From the NCBI GenBank assembly GCA_964545885.1, contig CAZJHG010000002.1, forward strand, positions 10,421 to 74,420: a DNA stretch of 64,000 bases, given 5' to 3'. Positions 1 to 8,997 of the stretch are shown in pieces. The position numbers were made by a program, and so were the translations under genes. The notes beneath the pieces were generated by a model that was given only the letters and a program-made list of their open reading frames with translations, was not told where the DNA came from and ran no database searches. The first letter of the stretch is position 1, and the number at the start of each line of letters is the position of its first letter. Source of the stretch: an uncultured Muribaculaceae bacterium. GTDB lineage: Bacteria > Bacillota_I > Bacilli_A > RF39 > UBA660.

Positions 1-3000
1 CTTCAAGAGTACTTGAAAATGTACCTATTACCTTTTCGTTATTGGAAAATAAAATTTCAGCTTTGATTTGTAATTCAGATAATGGTCAAGAATTAATTGA
101 TTCTTTCTTTACGCAGATTGTGTTATATCATAGTGCTGCAGATTTGAAAATTGTCTTTTTAAATAATAAAGATGCTGCTTATGATTTTTCATATGCTAAA
201 TACTTGCCACATTGCTTTAGTGAAGATAAATCGACTCGCTTTTTTAGTGAAAATAGCGACGAAATGAAAGTGTTGTCTTCTTATTTGTTTAAAATTTTTA
301 AAGAAAGAGTAAACAGCAAATCGTCTGAATCTGAAAAGAAAGATGAAGTTTTGGAAGAAAAACAAACTCAAAAAGCATATCGAAAATACGAAACTTATTA
401 TTTGATAGTAACTAATGATTTTGCAAGTGCAAAGACTTTACCTATTACAGAGAGTATATTAAATTCTGATGACAATTATGGCTTTTCTTATTTAATAATT
501 GATAATTCAATAAAAAATTTACCTAACCAATGTAAAGCTTTTGTTAGTGTTGTTGATAACGAAGGCTGTATTATGGAAAGAAATCTGAATAATCAAACTA
601 TGTTTAAACCCGAATGGGCATCTATCGATATGCGAAGTATTGGCACACAACTATTAAACATACCTTTACTAGAAGTTGATGAACAATCTTCGTTACCTAC
701 TTCACTATCTTTTTTAGAAATGTTTGGTGTTTCTAAAATAGAACAATTAAATGTTATGAATCGTTGGAAGAACAATGACCCGACAATTTCCATTGCTACT
801 CCAATTGGAATACATTCTAGTGGAGAAGTTTTTACACTAGACTTACACGAAAAATCACAAGGTCCGCATGGTTTAATTGCTGGTTCAACTGGTTCTGGTA
901 AATCTGAGTTTATCATTACATTCATTCTTTCAATGTGCGTTAATTATCACCCTGACGAAGTTCAATTTGTTCTTATCGATTACAAAGGCGGTGGACTAGC
1001 TGGTGCTTTTGAGAAAAAAGACATCAAAAAAGCGGTTCCTCATATTGCTGGTACTATTACCAATCTAGATGCAGGACAAATTAACCGAAGTTTAGTCTCT
1101 ATTAATAGTGAGTTAAAACGAAGACAACGTGTTTTTAATGAATCTAAATCAATTACTGGTGAGTCTACTATCGATATTTATAAATATCAAAAATATTATA
1201 GAGAAGGAATTGTTAAGGAACCAATTTCTCATTTATTTATTATTAGTGATGAATTTGCCGAATTAAAAGCTCAGCAACCCGAGTTTATGAATGAACTTGT
1301 TTCAACAGCGCGTATTGGACGTTCTTTAGGTGTTCATTTAATTCTGGCTACTCAAAAACCAAGTGGTGTTGTAAACGAACAAATATGGTCGAATACTAGA
1401 TTTAGAATATGCTTAAAAGTTGCTAGTAAGAGTGATTCTATGGAAATGCTTAAAAGACCTGAAGCGGCTTCCATTAAAGAAACGGGACGTTTTTATTTAC
1501 AAGTTGGATATGATGAATATTTTGATATAGGTCAATCTGGTTGGGCTGGTGCTAAATATATCCCTACTGATCGTGTTATAAAGAAAATTGATGACTCGAT
1601 ATCTTTTATTAACAATACTGGCAGTGTTATAAAAACATCTAATAATATCGTAAAAAAAGAAACTACTATCGAATTAGGAGATCAGCTAACTAACATTACA
1701 AAGCATTTAATTGATATCGCTGATAAAAATCAATATGTAACTAGAAAATTATGGCTTGATAGCATTCCTGAATTTATATATTTAGGAAATTTAATCCAAA
1801 AATACGAATATTCTACTTCTCCGTTTAATTTTAATCCGGTTATTGGTGAATACGATGATCCAGAAGGGCAAAAACAATCCTTACTAACACTTGATTTATC
1901 TTCTAATGGAAATACCATTATATATGGTGCTAGTGGAGCTGGACAAGATAATTTGTTGACTACCATCATTTATTCATCTGCTATATATCATAGTCCAGAA
2001 GAAATTAATTTTTATATTATTGACTTGGGAGCTGAAACATTAAAAATATTTAATAAAATGCCACATGTCGGTGATATTTGTACTTTGGATGATACAGAAA
2101 AAATTACTAATCTTTTAGTAATGATTGATTCTGAATTAGACAAAAGAAAGGAACTTTTCTCTGATTATAATGGGGAATATAATTATTATATTAAAAAAAG
2201 TGGTGAAAAATTGCCATATATTGTATGTATGATTAATAATTATGATGCTTTCTTAGAGTCTTTCCGTAAGATGGGAGAACTTTTAGAACCATTTTATAGA
2301 GAATGTGCTAAATATGGAATTTCATTTATTGTAACTTGTTCTACAGGAACGACAATTCGTTCAAAAGTTGCCGAATACTTTCCAAACAAAATGTGCTTGC
2401 GTATGGGAAAAGATGAAGATTACCGTAATATTTTAGGAGCTGCTAAAGGGTTAATTCCAGAAAGTTACAAAGGACGTGGAATTGTAAAGCTACAAAAGAA
2501 ATGTTATGAATTCCAATCTGCTTATTTATTAAATCCTGATTTAATAAACGACACTATCAAAGCAACATCTGAAAAACTTTCAGCCAAATATAGCTATAAA
2601 GCGAAGCGAGTTCCTGTTTTACCAGATGTCGTTGGTTTGGATGATGTTGAGAGTTATCTAAACGAATTAAGTAGTGTTCCTATTGGGTTTAATGTTATGA
2701 CAAAATCAGCCTTTACTTATGATTTTAGCAAAGAAGTTATAAACATAATTTCTACGAATTCTTTAGACAATGCAACTTATTTTGTATATGCTCTTTCTAC
2801 TCTTTTTGGAGCTATATCTAATTTGAATGTTTATGTTATTGACTTTACAAAAACAATTGATGTTTTAAAAACCGGAGGAAAATTAACATCTACTGACTTC
2901 GATAACGTTATTCATACTTTGGCACTAGAAATGAAAAATGAGGCAAATAATACTATTAGAAATTTATATTTTTTCGTCGGCTTATCAAATATAAAGTCAA

Positions 3001-3323
3001 TTGTTTCAGCAGAATCTTATGCTTTGTATAAAGAATTTATGACACAAGCAAAGAACTATAAAAATACTATTATGATTATTTTAGATGAATATAATAATCT
3101 AAAACAATTGCAAGTTGAGTCTTGGTATCTATCAAATGTTAATAAAAACTTAGGAATATGGATTGGTGATGGCGTTGGTTCTCAGACAGCCATTACGTTT
3201 AAAAACTTATCAATGGATGTTAGAAAAATGGCGTTCAGTGATATGGCGTTTGCTAGTGAAAGAAATAATGTTATACCAATAAGATTGGTTGTTTCTGGAA
3301 TGGAGGATGAAGATGAAGAATAA
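1..3323 (+). CDS. essC: T7SSb FtsK/SpoIIIE-family ATPase EssC/YukBA, C-terminal ~1090 aa. The 5' end lies upstream of the window: the frame is open to base 3, so the TTG at 42 is not the true start.
   Basis: Two P-loop NTPase modules are visible (GSTGSGKSE, GASGAGQ). The protein is very large and is followed by a YukD-like gene and a cluster of WXG100 genes. Confidence 0.85.
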   Translation, partial: SRVLENVPITFSLLENKISALICNSDNGQELIDSFFTQIVLYHSAADLKIVFLNNKDAAYDFSYAKYLPHCFSEDKSTRFFSENSDEMKVLSSYLFKIFKERVNSKSSESEKKDEVLEEKQTQKAYRKYETYYLIVTNDFASAKTLPITESILNSDDNYGFSYLIIDNSIKNLPNQCKAFVSVVDNEGCIMERNLNNQTMFKPEWASIDMRSIGTQLLNIPLLEVDEQSSLPTSLSFLEMFGVSKIEQLNVMNRWKNNDPTISIATPIGIHSSGEVFTLDLHEKSQGPHGLIAGSTGSGKSEFIITFILSMCVNYHPDEVQFVLIDYKGGGLAGAFEKKDIKKAVPHIAGTITNLDAGQINRSLVSINSELKRRQRVFNESKSITGESTIDIYKYQKYYREGIVKEPISHLFIISDEFAELKAQQPEFMNELVSTARIGRSLGVHLILATQKPSGVVNEQIWSNTRFRICLKVASKSDSMEMLKRPEAASIKETGRFYLQVGYDEYFDIGQSGWAGAKYIPTDRVIKKIDDSISFINNTGSVIKTSNNIVKKETTIELGDQLTNITKHLIDIADKNQYVTRKLWLDSIPEFIYLGNLIQKYEYSTSPFNFNPVIGEYDDPEGQKQSLLTLDLSSNGNTIIYGASGAGQDNLLTTIIYSSAIYHSPEEINFYIIDLGAETLKIFNKMPHVGDICTLDDTEKITNLLVMIDSELDKRKELFSDYNGEYNYYIKKSGEKLPYIVCMINNYDAFLESFRKMGELLEPFYRECAKYGISFIVTCSTGTTIRSKVAEYFPNKMCLRMGKDEDYRNILGAAKGLIPESYKGRGIVKLQKKCYEFQSAYLLNPDLINDTIKATSEKLSAKYSYKAKRVPVLPDVVGLDDVESYLNELSSVPIGFNVMTKSAFTYDFSKEVINIISTNSLDNATYFVYALSTLFGAISNLNVYVIDFTKTIDVLKTGGKLTSTDFDNVIHTLALEMKNEANNTIRNLYFFVGLSNIKSIVSAESYALYKEFMTQAKNYKNTIMIILDEYNNLKQLQVESWYLSNVNKNLGIWIGDGVGSQTAITFKNLSMDVRKMAFSDMAFASERNNVIPIRLVVSGMEDEDEE

Positions 3324-3567
3324 AATATTAATTGAGCTAATTGTCCCAGAAATAGATGAAAAATATAGCTTATTTATTCCTGTTACTCGTAAAGTTGGAG
3401 ATATCATCGGATTGCTAATAAAGGCAATTAATGAATTTTCTTATGAATCATATACTGGAAACGAAAAAACAGCACTATATAATTCTGTAACATCTGTCCG
3501 ATATGATCCGAATGAATTGGTTTATAATACTGACATTCGTAATGGAACTTGTTTAATTTTACTTTAA
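3313..3567 (+). CDS. esaB: Small ubiquitin-like T7SS component EsaB/YukD-like, 85 aa.
   Basis: GGAGG lies 6 nt before the ATG at 3313, which overlaps the essC stop. The size, an N-terminal I-x-I-D-L pattern and a C-terminal NGTCLILL tail resemble YukD/EsaB beta-grasp proteins. Confidence 0.5.
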   Translation: MKNKILIELIVPEIDEKYSLFIPVTRKVGDIIGLLIKAINEFSYESYTGNEKTALYNSVTSVRYDPNELVYNTDIRNGTCLILL

Positions 3568-3602
3568 AATTTCTATATTACTTAAGTTATATTTATTATT
3601 TT

Positions 3603-3641
3603 AAAAGTTGTCTTTCATAATTAGTGAAAGACAACTTTTTT
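3603..3641. terminator. Bidirectional rho-independent terminator between convergent esaB (+) and the WXG operon (-).
   Basis: Perfect 15-bp inverted repeat AAAAGTTGTCTTTCA/TGAAAGACAACTTTT with a 7-nt loop, flanked by T-runs on both strands. Confidence 0.65.
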
Positions 3642-3709
3642 ATCACTTATTTTTTATTTGAACATATACTTTGTGACCAAATGAAAAAACAACATAAATA
3701 TGTTGCTTT

Positions 3710-4024
3710 TTATAAAATTATAACTGAATTGTTCTTTTCTATTATTTTTATTTCTTCAAGTGCTCTTGCTTGGTTTTCTAAATCTTCTAATGTCTGATCT
3801 GTATCACTCATAGATTGATTTAACCATGATTCACAATTTGTTAATTCATTTTTTTTAGTTACTAACAAACTATGTAAGTTTACTAAGTAATTATATTGTG
3901 AAAAATCGTTTGGAATACTGATTTGAGAAGCATTTATAGCGTTTTGGATATTAGTAATAGCACTTTGCAGATTTGGTTTTACTACTGTTGCTAAAACATC
4001 TTTATTATATCTTAATTTTGTCAT
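3710..4024 (-). CDS. Small alpha-helical protein, 104 aa, last gene of the WXG/Lap-like operon.
   Basis: ORF with a 4-nt overlap to the upstream gene (translational coupling). Coiled-coil composition; sits in a T7SS substrate cluster. Confidence 0.4.
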   Translation of the reverse strand: MTKLRYNKDVLATVVKPNLQSAITNIQNAINASQISIPNDFSQYNYLVNLHSLLVTKKNELTNCESWLNQSMSDTDQTLEDLENQARALEEIKIIEKNNSVIIL

Positions 4025-4305
4025 CTTTTTTTTATCCTTTTACAAAGATTATCAACTTTGACTGACGCATTAATTAAATATGTACTATATTGTCTTGCAA
4101 CTCTGTAAAACTCTGTATATTGCTTTTTATCGATAGATGAGTTTCTAGCAAATCTTTGTGCAGATTCACCAACCCACTCACCAGTTGAAGATGGCATTCC
4201 AGAAATTCTAGTAAATACTTTATTAATAATTGCAAAATAGCTATATGATAAATTTTCGAAATCTTTTCCATATTCGTTTAATAAATTTGTATCAATTTCT
4301 ACCAT
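4021..4305 (-). CDS. WXG100-superfamily protein, 94 aa.
   Basis: Central motif EWVGESAQRF (W-x-G followed by a conserved F) at the hairpin position of a ~95-aa helical protein. Confidence 0.55.
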   Translation of the reverse strand: MVEIDTNLLNEYGKDFENLSYSYFAIINKVFTRISGMPSSTGEWVGESAQRFARNSSIDKKQYTEFYRVARQYSTYLINASVKVDNLCKRIKKR

Positions 4306-4320
4306 TTTATTATTCCTTTG

Positions 4321-4662
4321 CTAATTCATTTGCTCTCTTTGACGACGCTTTTCTTCACGTTCCTCTTCTTCCTCACTTGTAAGAGCTTGCTCGATTTGTC
4401 TACTTAAAGAATTAATTTTATAATTAATTTCAGGTATAATTATGTTTTTTAATTTGTCATTTATATTGCCAATATCTACTCTTATATCACTTATTTTTCC
4501 ATTATCTGCGGATTCACCATCAATTGTAAATGAATCTTTTAGTTTGTCTGCATTTGTAAGGCTACTATAAGTTTTAAGAGTTTGTCTGAGGATATTATTG
4601 ACATCATCTCTTAATGCGTAATATTTACTACGCTTTCTAATTAATTCTTTTGAGCTAGCCAT
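4321..4662 (-). CDS. Coiled-coil protein, 113 aa, with an acidic/basic tail; DUF5082/Lap-like partner candidate.
   Basis: ORF within the operon. Heptad-like pattern and a C-terminal EEEEEREEKRRQREQ tail. Confidence 0.4.
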   Translation of the reverse strand: MASSKELIRKRSKYYALRDDVNNILRQTLKTYSSLTNADKLKDSFTIDGESADNGKISDIRVDIGNINDKLKNIIIPEINYKINSLSRQIEQALTSEEEEEREEKRRQREQMN

Positions 4663-4677
4663 TTCTGCTCATTAAAA

Positions 4678-5169
4678 TTAATGTTGTGCTCCGTCAGATG
4701 GAGTATAAGCAGATTTAAGTTCTTCAGCTTGTCCACTGATAGATTGAGATAATGTAGTTTCGATATTCTCTGTGTATTTTTTAGCATACTCTTCTAATTG
4801 AGTGTTAAATTGTAGTAAATCCTCAATTAAACTATTACAAATGTCTTTAATTGCATTAATAAATGCATGAACAGTTTCTGTTAGTTGTGTTCCAGCAAAA
4901 GCTTCACTTGAATCTATTTCTTTTGCGAAAGTGTCTAATGTAGTTTGCAAATCTTCTACGTAAGTAGTAATTGCTTGTTGCATATCAGGTACTCCATTTA
5001 CATTTATACCAACTACATCTCCTGCAAAAAGCCCTTGTATTTGTGCTTTTGCATCTCCAACAATTCCTGCAAATACTGATGATGCTTTGCTTGCAAAGTC
5101 GCTAATTGCATTTCCAGCAGTCCATTTTAATTTTTCAAATTCTGTTGCTATTGTTCCCATTATATTCAC
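4678..5169 (-). CDS. Helical protein, 163 aa, with an N-terminal KWTAGNAISDF motif. It is related to the C-terminal half of the 204-aa protein at 54944..55558.
   Basis: Shares a W-T-A-G-x(5)-D/S-x-A motif with the 204-aa protein and has no signal peptide. Confidence 0.4.
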   Translation of the reverse strand: MNIMGTIATEFEKLKWTAGNAISDFASKASSVFAGIVGDAKAQIQGLFAGDVVGINVNGVPDMQQAITTYVEDLQTTLDTFAKEIDSSEAFAGTQLTETVHAFINAIKDICNSLIEDLLQFNTQLEEYAKKYTENIETTLSQSISGQAEELKSAYTPSDGAQH

Positions 5170-5178
5170 TCCTTAATA

Positions 5179-5493
5179 TTAATCTTCTGCATTTTCTACA
5201 AGTTCTTCATCCATTGATATAGCTGATGCTACAATATTATCAATTTCTGCGTCACAAGCTTCTTCTAGACTTTTTAGTGTCTCTTTTAGTTTTGAGATTT
5301 TTGCTTGAAAATTCTTCATAAATTGAACTTCAGATTGTCCTTGCCAGTTTGCTTCAAATGCTGAACTAATTTGATCAGTATTGCTTAGAGCGTTACTAGT
5401 TGCTTCAATTGCATCTACTCTTATTTTTTGTTTTAAGTTTTCTGCTCCTTGTCTACTAACTCCAAGTGTTACACTATCAATTCCTATTGCCAT
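5179..5493 (-). CDS. esxA: WXG100 protein, EsxA-like T7SS substrate, 104 aa.
   Basis: Canonical motif FEANWQGQSEVQF at the mid-helix turn, at the size and position typical of EsxA/YukE. Confidence 0.65.
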   Translation of the reverse strand: MAIGIDSVTLGVSRQGAENLKQKIRVDAIEATSNALSNTDQISSAFEANWQGQSEVQFMKNFQAKISKLKETLKSLEEACDAEIDNIVASAISMDEELVENAED

Positions 5494-5508
5494 TAATATA
5501 CACCTCCA

Positions 5509-5847
5509 TTAATTATTATTTTGGGCAACTTTTCCTATGTTACTTATCGCTGCTTCAAATTTACGACAGTTTTCTTCATTAATTCGTGCGTTGCTGTCTT
5601 TGGCACGAATCAAATCTGATTGATAAGTTTCAAGGTTGGATTTGATTTGAGGAAAGTTGTTTTCTAATTCGTTGAATTTTTGACTGAAAATGCTGTTTGA
5701 ACTGCATTTATAAGATGAAAGTGCATTAGCCACACTATCTTCTATTCCATTGAATATCTCAGCTATCTGTTCTTCGTAGTTGCCAAGTTCAATTATCATA
5801 TCATTTAGCAATTCCTCATTGATACCTATTGCTTCGTTGTTACTCAT
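5509..5847 (-). CDS. WXG100-superfamily-like small helical protein, 112 aa, with degenerate WXG.
   Basis: GGAGGTGAGG RBS. Helical hairpin architecture, with SYKCSSNSIFSQKF in place of WxG. Confidence 0.45.
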   Translation of the reverse strand: MSNNEAIGINEELLNDMIIELGNYEEQIAEIFNGIEDSVANALSSYKCSSNSIFSQKFNELENNFPQIKSNLETYQSDLIRAKDSNARINEENCRKFEAAISNIGKVAQNNN

Positions 5848-5954
5848 TTCCTCACCTCCCGTCAGTTTTTCTACTCTGACAATTTTATTTTATCATAATT
5901 CCTTTTTGTTGTCTTCTTTTTTTACATTGTTTTTACATGATTTTAATTTTATTT

Positions 5955-7724
5955 TTATGGCTTTTTTATTTGAATTTCTGAATCATTTATGATTTGCTGA
6001 ACAGTCTGTCCATAAAGAATTCTTGTACCTTCGGATTTTTCTTCGAGCCAGTTTCTTTTTTCATCAGTAATCCATTTTAATGATGCATTATGTACTTTTG
6101 ATCCATCGTTTGTCTGTGCGTACATTCCATACTCACTATATAAAAGTGTTACATCATCTATGCTTAAATTATTACAAATACTTAAAGATGAGAAAAAATT
6201 CGTTTGTAATTCGTTATATTGTGATAAAAATTCTTTTGTTTCGCCGTCTATATTGGATGTTTTTCTTGTACTATATTCTAAGTGATAATTCATATCTCCT
6301 TCGAAAATGGTAATTAAGTAGAAAACATCTTCTAATGTCACATCATTACGATTATTTATTGAAGTTGCTAGATTACTATAAAATATTTTTGCTGTTTCTA
6401 ATATGAAATCTCTTCTTAATTGGTATCTTATATTCATATATTCTTGATCTGATAATTCTTCATTATATTTTTTTGCATAATCTTCTTGATATGTGGTAAC
6501 TTTTTTTTGAACTATTTCCATAGCATACATCATTTCCACTATTTCTTTTCTACTGATTCCGTTTTTTTCTCCTAGTAGTTCATAAAAATGATTTATATTC
6601 TTATTAAATGTACAATTTTCTATGTCGTTACCATCTTTTGCATTCGTAGAAAGAATACTAGCTAAATCTAACGACTCAGCATAAGCTACTAAGTTTATAT
6701 ACGCTTCGTCATTACCACCAATTTGATTGGTACTCCCTTTCTCGGCACTTCCTTCAGTTATCCATGTCCAGGAGAAAGGATTATATTCGAGATTATCAGT
6801 TTTTATTGATATTCCTTGGTATTCGTATAACTCGTTATCATAATCATTACAATTTACTTGTTCTAAATGTTTTGATTCATGGTATATTGTATGTCTTAAT
6901 CCATCATCATTCCTAGAATTAATTTCTAGCATTTTTATCATTGGTTCATTTATTAATAAGACATTATCATCTGTAATTGCTGCCGCCGATAATCCTGTTG
7001 TAGTGAAGATTCTTAGACTCCCTAGAGTACAATCTAACTCTCTAATATCTTCTTCTGTTTTGAACGGAAGATCGTTGTTAATTGATTCGGCAATTATAGA
7101 TACAATTTCCTTTAATAACTTCTGATTATCGATTGGCTGATAAAAAAGTGATTTTTCTTTATTTTCTTTTTTGTATATTGGACTATTTGTTACGATTGAT
7201 TCTAGTAATTTACTTTCGTTAACTTTGCCATCAACAATAAAACCACTATATTGATGATTTTCTACAGTTGCTCTTTCTTGCCCTATAAAATTGCTTGCTG
7301 CATCAATGTCATATATTTCATCTATTGTAGCAAATTCTACATCAAAGTTTTGTAAATATTCATTAAATATTAAATTCGCTTCATCTGTATAATAAATTGG
7401 TGTTTCTTCGAGGCTGGTCATGACTTTCTCACCAACTATTTCTTTTGTTATTTCTGATGAATTTGTCATTTCTTGTACGTATGATGATGTTGTATCCTTT
7501 CGTGGATTGTATGTGTTTTTTTCATTACCACAACCACTTAAGATAACACTTGATGCTATTGCTATGCTTAAACCTATAGTCGCTATCTTTTTTAGGGAAT
7601 ATTTACCTCTTTTTTTTATGTTAAACACTTTTAAATTTTTTATTTTTGACGTATTCGTCGTTACATCTATATTTTGATTTTTATTCCTCTCTCTTATTTT
7701 TTTAAGTTTATCTATTATTTTCAT
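5955..7724 (-). CDS. Lipoprotein, 589 aa, with an HExxH motif (HESKH); first gene of the WXG operon.
   Basis: N-region KKRGKYSLKK, h-region and lipobox LSGC. Motif TIYHESKHLEQ. GGTGAG RBS 4 nt before the ATG. Confidence 0.6.
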   Translation of the reverse strand: MKIIDKLKKIRERNKNQNIDVTTNTSKIKNLKVFNIKKRGKYSLKKIATIGLSIAIASSVILSGCGNEKNTYNPRKDTTSSYVQEMTNSSEITKEIVGEKVMTSLEETPIYYTDEANLIFNEYLQNFDVEFATIDEIYDIDAASNFIGQERATVENHQYSGFIVDGKVNESKLLESIVTNSPIYKKENKEKSLFYQPIDNQKLLKEIVSIIAESINNDLPFKTEEDIRELDCTLGSLRIFTTTGLSAAAITDDNVLLINEPMIKMLEINSRNDDGLRHTIYHESKHLEQVNCNDYDNELYEYQGISIKTDNLEYNPFSWTWITEGSAEKGSTNQIGGNDEAYINLVAYAESLDLASILSTNAKDGNDIENCTFNKNINHFYELLGEKNGISRKEIVEMMYAMEIVQKKVTTYQEDYAKKYNEELSDQEYMNIRYQLRRDFILETAKIFYSNLATSINNRNDVTLEDVFYLITIFEGDMNYHLEYSTRKTSNIDGETKEFLSQYNELQTNFFSSLSICNNLSIDDVTLLYSEYGMYAQTNDGSKVHNASLKWITDEKRNWLEEKSEGTRILYGQTVQQIINDSEIQIKKP

Positions 7725-7978
7725 TTATCTCACCATTTTTATTATAACACATAATGCTTGATTAAAAATTTAATCTTATTTTTTGGCATAGTTTTTTGTA
7801 TAGTGAGTGTTGAATTGAAATATTTTTTTCTTATAAAAAATACACTTTATAAATGTAATTATAATACATTGTTACTCAATATCTATTTTTGGTGTCACAT
7901 ATATTTTAGATTTTAACTTGTTTAATATTATATTTTTTTATCTCCATATTTAAAAAAATATCTATTCATTAGTTAAAT

Positions 7979-8007
7979 TTGACTGATTAATTCTTTGGTG
8001 TTAGTAT
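7979..8007 (+). promoter_or_regulatory. Candidate sigma-A promoter for the 8033 gene.
   Basis: TTGACT, a 17-nt spacer, then TAGTAT preceded by TGT; about 25 nt upstream of a GGGGGGA RBS. Confidence 0.35.
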
Positions 8008-8032
8008 ACGACCCATCAAGGGGGGAATTACT

Positions 8033-8971
8033 ATGTTAGAAACGGATAATTTTAACACTTTAATTAACCATATTACTTTTACGATAGATTATTTACTTAA
8101 AGATAAAAAGTATCCCGCTGAATTATGTGAATACTTATATCTAATAACTGCTGGAATGATTATCAATTATGGTGATGAATCTATTGACGATATATATAAT
8201 ATGATAGAGGATGTTAAATTTATAATATTTGATAAAACAAATTTAAACTATTCTAATATTAATGATTTCTTATATGTAAATCCCACCAAACACAATTACT
8301 TAGATAAAAAAATTGATGTATCTAGTAATTTCCCCACTATAAAATTTAGCTATGAGTTACTATATAATGAAGTTGAGTCTTCTAATATTAAAACTTTAGA
8401 ATACTTAAGTCATGAATTAAATTATATTTTATTTAATAAGAAAAAGAAAATTAAATTTACACATTCTATTAAACTTAGATATAACTATTTAAGAAATAAT
8501 ATTGAATATGATGATAATGAAATATCTACTTTTAATAAAGTGTTTAATGTTTTACAAGCTGAAGATATAGTTAAAACTATTTTAAAATTAAGAGATTATA
8601 ATATTAAGAATATACGTTTTGAAAAAGCATTAGAAAAATTAAAATGCATAAATTTTAATACTTATAAATTTGAAGGTAAAGATTTACTTGTTAACTTATT
8701 TAGACCTTTATATGAGGTCCCTAAATTAAAAGTATTAATTAATAAAAATAATTTTCTTAATGAAGATGCGATTGCTAAAGAATTTGATGATGTTTTGGGT
8801 AATGATTCTTATAGAGAAACTTGTAAAAAGTTAGATTCTCTTGATTATATGATTTCAACTGAAAGTAAATATAAAGATAATTATTACTACGATTTATCGA
8901 TTGAATATTTATCTATTAGAAATGAATTTGTAAATAAATATTTGATAAAAACTTGCTTAAGTGAAAATTAA
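8033..8971 (+). CDS. Hypothetical protein, 312 aa, N/K/Y-rich, no recognisable domain.
   Basis: Long ORF with a strong RBS (GGGGGGA). Confidence 0.5.
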   Translation: MLETDNFNTLINHITFTIDYLLKDKKYPAELCEYLYLITAGMIINYGDESIDDIYNMIEDVKFIIFDKTNLNYSNINDFLYVNPTKHNYLDKKIDVSSNFPTIKFSYELLYNEVESSNIKTLEYLSHELNYILFNKKKKIKFTHSIKLRYNYLRNNIEYDDNEISTFNKVFNVLQAEDIVKTILKLRDYNIKNIRFEKALEKLKCINFNTYKFEGKDLLVNLFRPLYEVPKLKVLINKNNFLNEDAIAKEFDDVLGNDSYRETCKKLDSLDYMISTESKYKDNYYYDLSIEYLSIRNEFVNKYLIKTCLSEN

Positions 8972-8997
8972 AAAAAGTGTGTTTAGTTACACACCTT

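Noticed and set aside
42-44. TTG start proposed for essC by the ORF track.
   Set aside because: The reading frame is open all the way to base 3, and the protein lacks the FHA and TM N-terminus expected of EssC. The gene simply continues upstream of the window.
189-3407. Several 60-110-aa antisense or out-of-frame ORFs inside essC (189..371, 593..925, 1730..1969, 3210..3407).
   Set aside because: They are embedded in a well-supported large CDS, have AT-rich chance-ORF composition and no RBS.
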